DNA of 64,000 bases from Octopus bimaculoides (Eukaryota), in the NCBI RefSeq assembly GCF_001194135.2, contig NC_068981.1:126989097-127053096 (forward strand), given 5' to 3'. This document shows positions 1 through 11,394 of the stretch, in pieces. The notes beneath the pieces were generated by a model. It worked only from the letters and a program-made list of their open reading frames with translations, did no database searches and was not told the origin of the DNA. Positions within the stretch are counted from its first letter, which is position 1; every line of letters starts with the position of its first letter. Made by a program: the position numbers and the translations under genes.

Positions 1-59
1 ACTAAAAATAAGAATAGGGGGAAAAAAAACAGCAAAAAAACGCACACATCGAGCAGAGG

Positions 60-532
60 TTGGCAATGCCAGTGCAGAGTTTTAGGTCCAATAAAGCTTC
101 TGCAACACCTCGTAGACCCTCTCCACTTTATTGACATTATCCAGAGACAAGCCGGAGCAAGATGTCTGGTGCCAATATAAGTCGCAGGCTCAGGGATGTG
201 GGAGCGCCTTGATCTCTAGCACAAACCAAAGATCGCCAAAATGTCCAATGCCATTCCCTGCATATCTGGTTTTATATCAGAGTGACCTTCTCCTAGAGAC
301 ATACTTCAACAAAAGCTGAGGGGCGCCTCACTCCCAGTGGTCGTTCAGCACGCCGGATACCATCCCGGAATTTCTGCGTACCCGTGCTATTGCTAGATAG
401 CCGTTGAGCCTGCATAAGGACCATCCGAGCTTTCAACAGGTCTTGTTTTTAATCCTGCTGGGTTTCTAGCAACCCTCCTCACCAGGGTAGCCTGGTGGGG
501 GTGCCAGTTTAGTCGCCAGCAACCCGACCATA
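60..532 (-). mobile_element. Probable 5' portion of a non-LTR retroelement (RTE-type), 3'-truncated
   Basis: GC/CpG-rich block unlike its flanks, starting GGTCGGGTTGCTGGCGACTAAACTGGCACC on - next to a (TA/CA)n tract. No protein motif recognised; the call rests on resemblance only. Confidence 0.3.
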
Positions 533-680
533 CGCGTACGTACATATATACATACATACATTGTGCGAGTGTTTCACTATTCAACTCATCGACATGAAAG
601 TCAATAGGCGCGGGTGTACGCGCGCGAGCGCTTGCAAGCGCGTGTTTCATTTTTCACTTCCCTCACCGACTTCAAAGCAA

Positions 681-707
681 ATGTCGGCTTCAACAGGATA
701 TGAAAAC
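681..707 (+). CDS. Candidate first coding exon (MSASTGYEN) of an unidentified gene
   Basis: CpG-rich block 608-643, Inr-like TCATTT near 647, CACTTCC at 655-661, caaATG at 681, 9 codons, then a consensus donor GTAAGT at 708-713. No downstream exon identified. Confidence 0.4.
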
Positions 708-1836
708 GTAAGTAAATAAATAAAAATTCTTTACGGAAATTGCCGAACAATCAGCTGGCTTGGATCAGTTGACTTCAAGACCAATAATGAAACAATGTCT
801 AAAATTGGAGTAGCTGAGAGGAAGCGTTCCGTAAAAAACAGAGCTGACCTACACAAGTGTGCCCCACCGATTTTGCTTCCTTATAGCTTTCGGGAAAATG
901 AATATTTTTTTAGTGAAATTTTCTACAAAAATCTTTCAGATGGCGGAGATTCCGATTATAGAGAAACATGTTGTGGAAACTACCCACCTCACACACATAA
1001 AATAGTTGTGTGTATACTCATTCGTATACACATATCACAATGTTTTCACAGTATGTGCGCGTCAACCAGTTTTGTTCTTTTTTCACATTACTTCCAATAC
1101 ACTCGTAATCTACTAAACCTTAAAGTTATTTGTAGAAAAATCGGTAGAGATGGGCTATATGTAATCTGAACCCCCCCCCCCNNNNNNNNNNNNNNNNNNN
1201 NNNNNNNNNNNNNNNNNNNNNNNNNNNNNNNNNNNNNNNNNNNNNNNNNNNNNNNNNNNNNNNNNNNNNNNNNNNNNNNNNNNNNNNNNNNNNNNNNNNN
1301 NNNNNNNNNNNNNNNNNNNNNNNNNNNNNNNNNNNNNNNNNNNNNNNNNNNNNNNNNNNNNNNNNNNNNNNNNNNNNNNNNNNNNNNNNNNNNNNNNNNN
1401 NNNNNNNNNNNNNNNNNNNNNNNNNNNNNNNNNNNNNNNNNNNNNNNNNNNNNNNNNNNNNNNNNNNNNNNNNNNNNNNNNNNNNNNNNNNNNNNNNNNN
1501 NNNNNNNNNNNNNNNNNNNNNNNNNNNNNNNNNNNNNNNNNNNNNNNNNNNNNNNNNNNNNNNNNNNNNNNNNNNNNNNNNNNNNNNNNNNNNNNNNNNN
1601 NNNNNNNNNNNNNNNNNNNNNNNNNNNNNNNNNNNNNNNNNNNNNNNNNNNNNNNNNNNNNNNNNNNNNNNNNNNNNNNNNNNNNNNNNNNNNNNNNNNN
1701 NNNNNNNNNNNNNNNNNNNNNNNNNNNNNNNNNNNNNNNNNNNNNNNNNNNNNNNNNNNNNNNNNNNNNNNNNNNNNNNNNNNNNNNNNNNNNNNNNNNN
1801 NNNNNNNNNNNNNNNNNNNNNNNNNNNNNNNNNNNA

Positions 1837-1874
<38 letters not shown>

Positions 1875-2131
1875 AATTATTGTATACAATGCTCAGAACA
1901 CAGACATTGCTAGAAATAAGAGCTTATTCGTAGCAATGTAAGTGTTCTAACACCCTAGTCATATTTAGTGACAATTATAGTTTTCCTTTTGGTAACACAT
2001 TGCATACAACTGTCTAAATTATATATATATATATATAATTTAGACAGTTGTATGCAATGTCATATATATATATATATAATTTCAGTATATCTATATATTC
2101 AACAGTGTTAGCGCCAAGCAGGTGATTAGGC

Positions 2132-2258
2132 ATATGCAAACTTTAGGTTAGTTAAAATATTTGTGACATATTTCAACTTCTAAAAGCAAATTCTCCGTAG
2201 TTACAAAAGTTGAAATAAGTCACAACCGTACTTTAACTAACCTAAAGTTCGCACATAT
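2132..2258. repeat. Imperfect ~125-bp hairpin (MITE-like) upstream of TMEM17
   Basis: ATATGCAAACTTTAGGTTAGTTAAAATATTTGTGACATATTTCAACTT (2132-2179) is an imperfect reverse complement of 2207-2258. Confidence 0.6.
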
Positions 2259-2380
2259 ATATATAATACATATTAAATTAAGTTCTAAGCGATAAGTATA
2301 TTTTTATTTTCACTCGTTAATTAATTAATTATTTATTTATTTATTTACTTTTTGCGAAACTATTGTTGTTTACAAATACA

Positions 2381-2431
2381 CTATGGCAACAAGCAACATG
2401 GAGTCAAACTAAAGTAGTTGTCACACGAAAC
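2381..2431. promoter_or_regulatory. Candidate RFX X-box elements of the TMEM17 promoter
   Basis: CTATGGCAAC (2381-2390; GTTGCCATAG on -) and GTTGTC-ACA-CGAAAC (2417-2431), about 160-200 bp upstream of the ATG. RFX control of transition-zone genes is established. Confidence 0.45.
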
Positions 2432-2587
2432 AGTTCTCCGTTGTTAGGATGATGTCTGTTCCCGATCGAAGAAGGGAAATGTAATGATTCGCTAATGAAA
2501 TGTGTTTTATTTCAATGCTGCGATTTATTTTAATATCGCTGCGAACTTATTCCTTTTGTTGAAACTCGCTACATTTTATTTTGCACA

Positions 2588-2702
2588 ATGGCTTCTAATG
2601 TGGAAGCCACGCTACGTAAGACTGTTAGCACTATGACGGATTTCTTATTCCCAGTTTCCAGAGAAGACATCAAAAAGAATCAACACAATATTTTACGTTC
2701 TG
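2588..2702 (+). CDS. TMEM17: TMEM17 exon 1 (MASNVEATLR...NILRS, phase-1 donor GTTGGT)
   Basis: 38 codons + 1 nt, phase compatible with exon 2. CpG-rich context; the donor is weak. Confidence 0.75.
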
Positions 2703-3234
2703 GTTGGTTGTTGTTTTTTCTTTCTCTCTCTTTTTTTCCTGTGTGTGTATATACGCACAATATTTTGCCCTTCCACCAGTCACACAAATTTACGTTATTG
2801 CATGTGTGTGTGTGTGTGTACACAGACGTCATATCGTATATATATGTGTGCGTAGGTGTGTTTCTGTCAGCTTGTCTTGAAATAGCGCGCTTATTTGCTA
2901 ACATATATTACCGTCATGAAGCGGTGCTGTTGGTTTAAGATCTCTTGTAATGAACATGTCCAGAGCAGAAGAAAAAGATTACCTTGCATGGGAACAGGTG
3001 AGGGTTGGCGATAGGAAGAGCATCAAGCTGTAGAAAATCTGTCTCCCAGTTGATCCATGATTATGTGCTTAAGAAGTTCACTTCTCAACCGTGTACAATT
3101 TCACAGCTCAGTACTTTGAGCAATTATTTTCTACAGTTGCCTCACAAGAAAGATTGCATCTGTGGTATCTTTTTTGTACATGAAGCCAAATTGTATCTCA
3201 TCTAACGCTACTCTGACATGGATAAGTTATGCTA

Positions 3235-3725
3235 TGACTCTCCCTATAACCTTCATAACCTGATCCAGTAGTTTGATTCATCTATAATTGCTTCTCTTTA
3301 AGAGACTTTCCTTTGTCTTTGTAGCAGTTTATGATGATATTGCTAACCAGTCATTGGGTATGACTTTTTTTCTATAATATGATTAATTATCCAGGCCATT
3401 GTCATGTATCCTACCTCATCAGATATTTTGAGTATCTTTGCAACTATCCCTGATGGACTCATAACTTTCATGTTTTTCATCACATTATCTACCATGCTCT
3501 GGTCAACTTGAAATCCTGGTTCTGCTCCAGATTTAGCATAAGGTAACTCCTCTTTATCCTATGTATTCTCCACATATAACAGCCTCTCATAATAGTATTT
3601 CCATGCTACTTTCTTGTCTTCCATACCGATGGTGACTATGCCTTCAACTTTCCAAATACACTTCTTATAATGATGTCCTGGTTCTCTCTCACATGTCTTG
3701 CAATCCTGAGCACTTCATGCCTCTG
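3235..3725 (-). mobile_element. RTE-clade LINE fragment (linker and start of RT), decayed
   Basis: Broken translation ..VRENQDI..WKYYYERLL..IPNDW..IINCYKDKG..NYR..KLLDQVMKV; same family as 8830-10062. Confidence 0.7.
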
Positions 3726-4356
3726 ATTGTCACATTGTAAAACATGTGCAAATCTCTTCCTTTCTGTCTCATTCTTAGCCAAGTGTACTTGTCATCTAAC
3801 TGCTCTCCCAGCCATTTGATAATGCCCCTTACTACTACCTCTCTTCCAAGTTTTCCAACCCTTTCTTTTAGTTTTTACAACCCTATCAGCCATGTCATTC
3901 CACCATCATATGACCATCAGTTTCGCTTGGAATTTGTCCAAGTCACTTGTCTGATTTGTTGTCTAAAGCAAATTGCCATTAATATACACATAAAGAAAGA
4001 TACCATTAGTTCATTCTCACTCTCTCTCCTAAATGCGAGCAACCATGTAGCTCTTTGACAAGAACCAGCTCTGCCCCCAATCCCTTCACTCGTATTTTAA
4101 ACTCCATCTAACATAAGGATGCAGAATCTCTTCAGGTTTGCAGATTTATGGACTACATGGTGACCTCAGTAGTTTTGGTGGCATGAAAAAAGCACCCAGT
4201 ACACACTGTAAAATGGTTGGGATTAGGAAAGGCATCGAGCTGTAGAAATCATGCCAGAGCAGCCAGTGGAGTATTATGCAGTACCTGAACTCATTGGATC
4301 TTTGTCAAACTGTCCAGCCCATGGCAACATAGACATTAAATGATGATGATATATAC

Positions 4357-4740
4357 AGGGTGTTCGGGCTAAATTTGATGATTTTTTTTTTATCACATTT
4401 TTTCAGGAACAGCTTGGTGTATTGGTGAACAGTCAATGGCATTGGAGAGTATAAAGATTAAAGTTGTAGTTGAGAATAAGTTAGATGAAATGGAGGACTG
4501 GAAGTCATCTGGTTATTGGAAAAGAGTTACTTGTATCCTGATGATTCACACCAGGTATCAAAATGCCAACATCAAGACTGCTTCTCCATGCAATGTGAAC
4601 ACTGTAAAGGCTGTAAGATATGACATGGACAGCTGCTACAGAAACTATAAAGCCATGGTCGGCAAGAAGGGACACAGTAAGCACTCTGTGTCTGCATGCC
4701 AGAATTCTTCCTCACATCTTTGAACAAGGTCTTAAGCTCA
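4357..4740 (+). mobile_element. maT/DD37D-like Tc1/mariner deletion derivative, left end
   Basis: TA-CAGGGTG terminus, transposase N-terminal relic (IKTASPCNVNTVKAVR); homologous to 24630-25440. Confidence 0.65.
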
Positions 4741-4802
4741 TTTCAGATGGTTATTCACAGATCTTGAATTCTGAAAGCACTGTGTGTGTGTATGTATGTA
4801 TG

Positions 4803-4851
<49 letters not shown>

Positions 4852-7327
4852 TACAAAAATAGGCCCTTCACCCTATCTATTCCTCTTATCACTCCCTCCA
4901 CCTGTCATCTCTATCACTCCAGCTCTCTCGATGCCCACATATTTTTCTTGTTACCTCCAATTATTTCACTTGTTGGCCATTCTTCACCCATTGTTCTCTC
5001 CACTCACATTGCATTGGTTACCCCTGTCTACTGAACCTTCAAATTATCTCATCATGCACTATACTTGCCTCTCCTTCTCCACTCCTGCAGCCTACTCAAC
5101 CAAACATAATTTCTCTCTTGTCTTCTCCCTGTAATCTGTATCATTACTATCAGTGTAACTATCCTACTGCTCTCCCCCACTCTCTTCTACATCTCTATCT
5201 TCCCCAACTGAACCATCATTGGTCATCCCCACTCCAGCCTTTATCCACTATTCCTTACATCCACCCTTCAACCTTACCCTATCTATACAGTTGTTACCTA
5301 CTTTTTATCCTTCGTTCATGTTCCCATGTACTCTTGCAGCCCCCCTCTCCCACATTTCTAGTTCCTCTGTCCCCATCCTTTTCTACTCACATTGTACTTT
5401 GAGGGGCCACCTAGACACTTTATCACCACTATGTATCTCTTTCCAGCTCACCTGATCATTCTCGCCCTCTCTTTTAAATGTAGTTCTTCTACAACATAAA
5501 AACCTGCTTTTCCTCCTTCCCTCATACTTTAACTCTCTCTCGTCTTTGAGCATAAAGCCATCCCCACTCTGGAATTCTTAGTCTTACATGCTGCATGGTG
5601 ATCTCAACTGAACTGGTGGCATGAAAAAAAACTCCCAGTATACCTTGTAAAGTGCATCCAGTTATAGAATCCATGCCAAAACAGACATTGGTGCATGATG
5701 CAGTCCTTGGATCTATTGGATTCTATCAAACCATCCATCCCATGCCAGCAGAGAACATAAATGTTTAATAATGACATGTATAATGTTAAAAGATATTCAC
5801 AATGAAATAGCATAGATAACATTAAAAATTTATAAGTCAAAATTAATATAAGCTTTATATCATATCATTTAAAATATGTATATAAGCAACAGAGGCTGTA
5901 CTGATGCCATAAGGTAATATTTATCCTCACTTAAATGTAGATGTTCTGTTAAAACAAACTATACTGCAGTAGATACCATGAAAGAAACTCTCATATTGGC
6001 TATTGGTGCAAAATACCCTCTTGTTTATAGCACTAGTGGGGAGATAAATCCCTGCCACCTCCAGCGACAAGACCACCAGATCACATAATTTTGACCTTTC
6101 TTGGTCTGGTCAATGATGGACGCTCAACTGCTAGAGATAGCAGCAATTCATCTCCTGGTTAGCGATATATAGAAAAACAGTGCCAGAACAGGTATTGGTG
6201 TCATGATTAGTCAGTGAGCTGGCTAAAATATTTCAATGGTAAAGAGAATTCTGAATCACCCTGCAGATTACACACACACAAGTGTATGCACATGCACTCA
6301 CATACATGTATATAGTTTACAAAGTCATTAGATCATCAGATAGAATGTATATGTTATTTGTTCTGGTTCACAATGCTATGAATTCAAATCCTGCCTTTCA
6401 TCCTTTTAGAGTTAATAAATGCAGTAACACTCTTGTACTGGAGTTGATTCTTTTCTCATGGTTCTCAGCCATACAGGGGGATAGGCTCTACTAAATTCAA
6501 AATGCCCAAAACATACTGATTCACAACAGTACATCTGTGAAAGGAAGAATGAATAAATACATACAACTCAAAAGGAGCAAGGGGAATAAGAGACAGATTG
6601 TTGGTCAGCATAAGAAGTCACAACATCATCATTATCATCACCATTTAGCATCCATTTTCCATGCCAGCATGGGGTGGATGGTTTGACAAGGCGCTGGCGA
6701 ACCAGAAGACTGTACCAAGCTTCACTGTCTGTTTTGGCATAGTTATTATTGGCTGGATGACCTTCCTAACACTAACCACCTTACATAGTGGGACAGTGCT
6801 TGTTACATGGCACCAACACCAGCAAGGTCTGTTTTGGCATGGTTTTTATAGCTGGATGCCCTTCCAAATGCCAACAACTTTACAGTGTGAACTGGATGCT
6901 TTTTATGTGGCACCAGCACTGATGGAGATGCTCGCAAGACAAAGATCATTTGAGTGGGGTGGGTTTATTGGAGGAGGTGGCCTTGTGTTAGGTGATGAGA
7001 GGTTAGTGTGTGACAGAGGACAAACAGGTGCCTTGCTGTTGACAGAAATTCAAAAGGCAGACAAAATATAAACACAAAACGATTTAACATAAAGAGTTGT
7101 GCACAGTGAATTGTACACTGTACAGAAAAGGAAAAGAACTAGACAGACATTTTGGGTGAACCCGTTATCAAAGTAGGGTAAGAAAGAAACAACAGGAAAC
7201 AATACCTGTTTAAAGTATATATGTCCTTTTCTCTCTGCCAGCATGGAAGGCAGATGTTAAGCGATGATGATGATGAAGAAAAATGGAGAGTCAGATCATG
7301 AATTATTGAATTCATGTTCGCTTGTGT

Positions 7328-7498
7328 CAGTGAAGATACTGGTTGGCAGAATTATGCAGTCTGGGCTGGGTTACTTTTCTGGGTCTTCACTTGTCAGAGA
7401 GTCATACTGCCATATTTGGTAGGAATCTGTGACACGTGAAAACCTAGAAAACTAACCTGACCGAGATTGCATAATTCAGCCAGTGTGTATCTTCACTG
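7328..7498. repeat. ~170-bp nearly fully palindromic element (CAGTG..CACTG)
   Basis: 7328-7394 is an imperfect reverse complement of 7428-7498. Confidence 0.7.
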
Positions 7499-7505
7499 AA
7501 ACATG

Positions 7506-7975
7506 TGTAGGAGCTCGCTTAGCTCTGCCTAACAGATTTGAAACCAAATCTACACCCTTGTTGCTTGTCAGACGACTGTCTGATTCCATTGTGCTTTGTC
7601 TCCATGCTGGGAGAAACGTTAGCATGCCGGGCGCAATGCTTTGTAGTATTTCATCTATCTTAATGTTCTGAGTTCAAATTCTGCCAAGGTCAACTTTGCC
7701 TTTCAGGGTCGATAAATTAAGTACCAGTTGTGTACTGGAGTCGATCTAATTGACTGGTCCCCCTCCCCAAAATTTTGAGCCTTGTGCCTAAAGTAGAAAA
7801 GAAACTCAATGGACTGACCCTTCAATGACCAGCAAAAGATCCTAGGAGGCCAGATGTTTCTCATTAATCTAGCATGGAAATAAAACACAATGGAATCAGA
7901 CAGTCATCTGACAAACAACAAGTGTGCAGACACAGTTTCAAATCTCAGTTAGGTAAGGCTAAGTGAGCTCCTACA
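7506..7975. mobile_element. TIR element with TGT..ACA ends and ~90-bp TIRs; contains a SINE insertion at 7608-7803
   Basis: 7506-7593 and 7886-7975 are inverted copies; 4-bp flanks CATG / AATG (3 of 4 match). Confidence 0.6.
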
Positions 7976-8829
7976 AATGTATTAGATGATGTAATTAAAT
8001 ATTTTATAAACCAATTTCCCAGTTTTTTGGGGTTATTTCAGAATTTTTTTTTTCATAGGAACAGGGAAAGCTGTGTGGTTAAGAAGCTTGCTTTGCTAAC
8101 ACATGGCTTCGGGTTTAAGTTCCACTGTGCAGCACCATGAGCAAGTAACTTCTGTAGCCCCAAGCTAATCAAAGCCATATGAGTGAATTCGGTTGTTAGA
8201 AACTGTATGAAGCCTTTCAGTTATTATGCATTAAAAAATACTCTACGTTTGTATTGAGTCCTGTAATTTCTGGTAAATCAACAGAGATTTGTGTGTGTGT
8301 GTGTGAAGGCATGTGACCTAGTGGTTAGAGGTGTTGCACTCTCGATCATGATATCATGATTTCAATTCTCAAACCAGTTGTGTGTTGTGTTCTTGATCAA
8401 AACAATTTATTTCATGTTGCTCTAGTACACTCAGCTGTAAATGGGTAACCCCTGTGATGCACTGACCTTCTGATCAGGTGCAATGTTGGCCTGCTCCTCA
8501 CCTAGTCAGCAGGGTAGCATCATACTGTCATACACACACACACACACACACATATATGTGTGTGTTTGTGTTTTTCCCTCCCCCTTCACAATGCTTGACA
8601 AACGGTGGTGGTTTGTTTACATCCTTGTAACTTAGCAATTTGGCACAAGGAGACCAACAGAATAAATACCAGACTTTAAAAAAAATGAAAAAAAATTAGT
8701 ACTGGGGTTGATTTAGTCGACTAAAGCCCTTCAAGGCAGCGCTCCAGTATGGCCACAGTCCATGACTGAAACAAGCAAAAGTAAAAGATAACAGATGTAT
8801 CCTGTGATCCTTTTAACTATTTAAACCAC

Positions 8830-10062
8830 TGAAAAAATACATGAGTTCTTTATTGATATATAATCTGTATCCTAAGCATCTCAGTGATTACTGCTGATGG
8901 ATAAGGGTCTTTCCTTGTCTTCATATCCTTAATTGCTTTATTTATCATACTGTTGTTGACATGAACACCCAGTCCTTCTGTTAGGTTCACTTTCATTCTC
9001 CACATTTAATAGTCTTTCATAATAGCACTTCCACACCTCTTTCTTTTCAGAGTCACTGAGTGCAAGCATACCATTATCTATCTGTACACACTTCTCTCCC
9101 ACAATATCTTGATTCTCTCTGACACACTGTCTAGAGAGCTGGAACACTTCAAGCCTCCGATCTTCACGTTGTGAAACATTGGCAAACCACCTCCTTTCTA
9201 CTTCTGCCCTTGCTAGATAAACCTGTTGCCTAACTTCCCTCTTGTATACCTGATATAGCTCTTTGCCACCTCCATTTTCTCCATTCTTTCCAAGTTTGTC
9301 TCTTCACTTTTATAACCTTATCTATCACACTGTTCTGCCACCAAGTTACTCTCTGTCTGGTAGAGACTTTGCCCCAACCATAGATTTGGTCTGCAGCCTT
9401 CAGTAGGTTGTCTTGTATGAACTTCCAGTTGTCCTCTATATTATATGTCACAACCTCCTCCTCTTTCTCATCAAACACATTAATCAGAATGTCTCTAAAT
9501 CTCTGATGGTTTAATGGATCTTTGAGCTTCCATAATTTCCTTTTCCAAACTGGTTTACATCTCTGTATCCATCTAGCCCTAAATCTGACGTTGCTAACTA
9601 CTAACTTGTGTTGAGCTGTACATTCCTCACTGGGAAAGGACTCTGTATTTATAAACATCTGTCTATTCCTGTTTCTGGTGAGAATACAGTTAATCTGGCT
9701 TGAGTGTCCACTAGACTGATAAGTGATAAGATGGTTGGCTGGTTTCCTGAAATTAGTGTTTCAAACCAAAAAGTTATTTGCATCACAGAACTTCAGGACT
9801 CTTGTCCTCTCCTCATTTCTAGTGCCAAAGCAGAAACTTTCATGTACACCATGAAATTCCATTGATTTGCTGCCTAACATGACCATTGAAGTCACCAGCT
9901 ACAATAATAAGGTAATTGTCCTTCGTTGTTGACGTAGTCTACAGAAGAGACTCACAGAAACAGTCCATCTGTTCATCTGCTATTCCAGCATATGGAGCAT
10001 ATGCAGAGATAAATGTCACTGTTATATTATACAAGACTATTCTTAACTTATTAATCCTATCA
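8830..10062 (-). mobile_element. RTE-clade LINE fragment (APE endonuclease C-terminus and linker), decayed
   Basis: ORF pieces ..HLITYQSSGHSSQINCILTR..E.CTAQHKLVV..WKLKD..NWKFIQDNLLKAADQIYGW..TWW..VRENQDIVGEKC. Confidence 0.8.
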
Positions 10063-10080
10063 CTCTGACTACCTCAATCA

Positions 10081-10122
<42 letters not shown>

Positions 10123-10680
10123 NNNNNNNNNNNNNNNNNNNNNNNNNNNNNNNNNNNNNNNNNNNNNNNNNNNNNNNNNNNNNNNNNGTACGCTAGGTAA
10201 GTGCTGTAACGGATTACTAGGGCTCCAAGGTTGTATCCAAGACGGTAGTTATAGAGCCATTGCAGACTTCTGATATAGCAGATACATAATTGTTAAAGAG
10301 GACAAACGTTAAACGTTTGTTGTCCTCTTTAACAATTATATATATGTATATCGGCATGGTGCTTTCTGTTTGTGTTTGTCCCCCATCCCTGCTTGACAAC
10401 TAGTGTTGGTTTGTTTATGTCCCCATAACTTAGTAGTTTGGCAAAAGAAACTGATAGAATAAGTACCAGGCTTAAAAAGTAAGTACTGAGATTGATTTGT
10501 TTGACTAAACCCTTCAAAATGGTGCTCTAACATGGTCGCAGTCCAAGGACTGTAAATGTAACATGCATGCATCCATCCATCCATGCATACATACATACAT
10601 ACACACACACATGCACATACATACATACGCACGTATCTGTGTGTGCGACCATAGAGATGTATACATTTTTTTTTTCTCAG

Positions 10681-10784
10681 GTCATGAATACGTAACCAGC
10701 TTACCTTTCCAGATGGAACTGTACTTCAATGTCTGGTTCTTCCCATTTTGGCTTGTTTCTGTTATTGCAGCTCTTACTTTCAAG
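10681..10784 (+). CDS. TMEM17: TMEM17 exon 2 (GHEYVTSLPFQMELYFNVWFFPFW...TFK)
   Basis: ttttctcAG acceptor, GTAGGT donor, 104 nt. Matches human TMEM17 SSLALQMSLYFNTYYFPLWW. Confidence 0.93.
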
Positions 10785-11394
10785 GTAGGTATTGTTCTCA
10801 GCATTGTACATTTTTTGCCAGATGTTCCTGAGGAAAGTAAACAGGAATTACTGAAATTTTTTTCTACAATTAAACATTAACGAGGAGTTTAGAATGCATA
10901 TTAATAAACATATATACATTATATATTATTATGTATTGATGAATATATATACATACATATGCATGAAAACAACAGATTGGCTGAATCATTGCATTGGAAT
11001 ATTGGGGGGAAATGCGTTGCAATATTTCTTCTGATTCTTTTTTTGTTCTGATTTCAAACTCCAATGAAGTCAATGTTGGCTTTCATCATTTTAGGGTTGA
11101 TAAAACAAAGTACCATGAAGTAATGGGGTCAATCCCTCCTCCCTTTGAAATAAATATATAAGTTTATCTATCTATCTATCTATCCATCCATCTAGACAGA
11201 CAGATATATGTATAATGAGACATAAATTATCATACATTTTGTGAAAAATAGCTTAGTTATAGTTGATTATAGATTTACAATAGCTAGCATGTATGTGTGT
11301 GTGTGCGTATATATATATATATATATATATATATGGAAAAAAAGCTGTTGTCTGTTGTCTACTTTGTTGCTAACAAAAGGTCTCTCTTTCTCTG

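Noticed and set aside
430-532. HDV-like ribozyme at the 5' end of the putative RTE element (- strand)
   Set aside because: A P1 (GGGTTGC/GCTACCC), P3 and P4 can be drawn, but there is no P2 pairing or proper J4/2; not supported without a covariance search.
1155-1889. Long ORFs spanning N gaps (also 31719-32363 and 51395-51783) and YI/CV/HT-repeat ORFs
   Set aside because: Artefacts of N runs and dinucleotide microsatellites.
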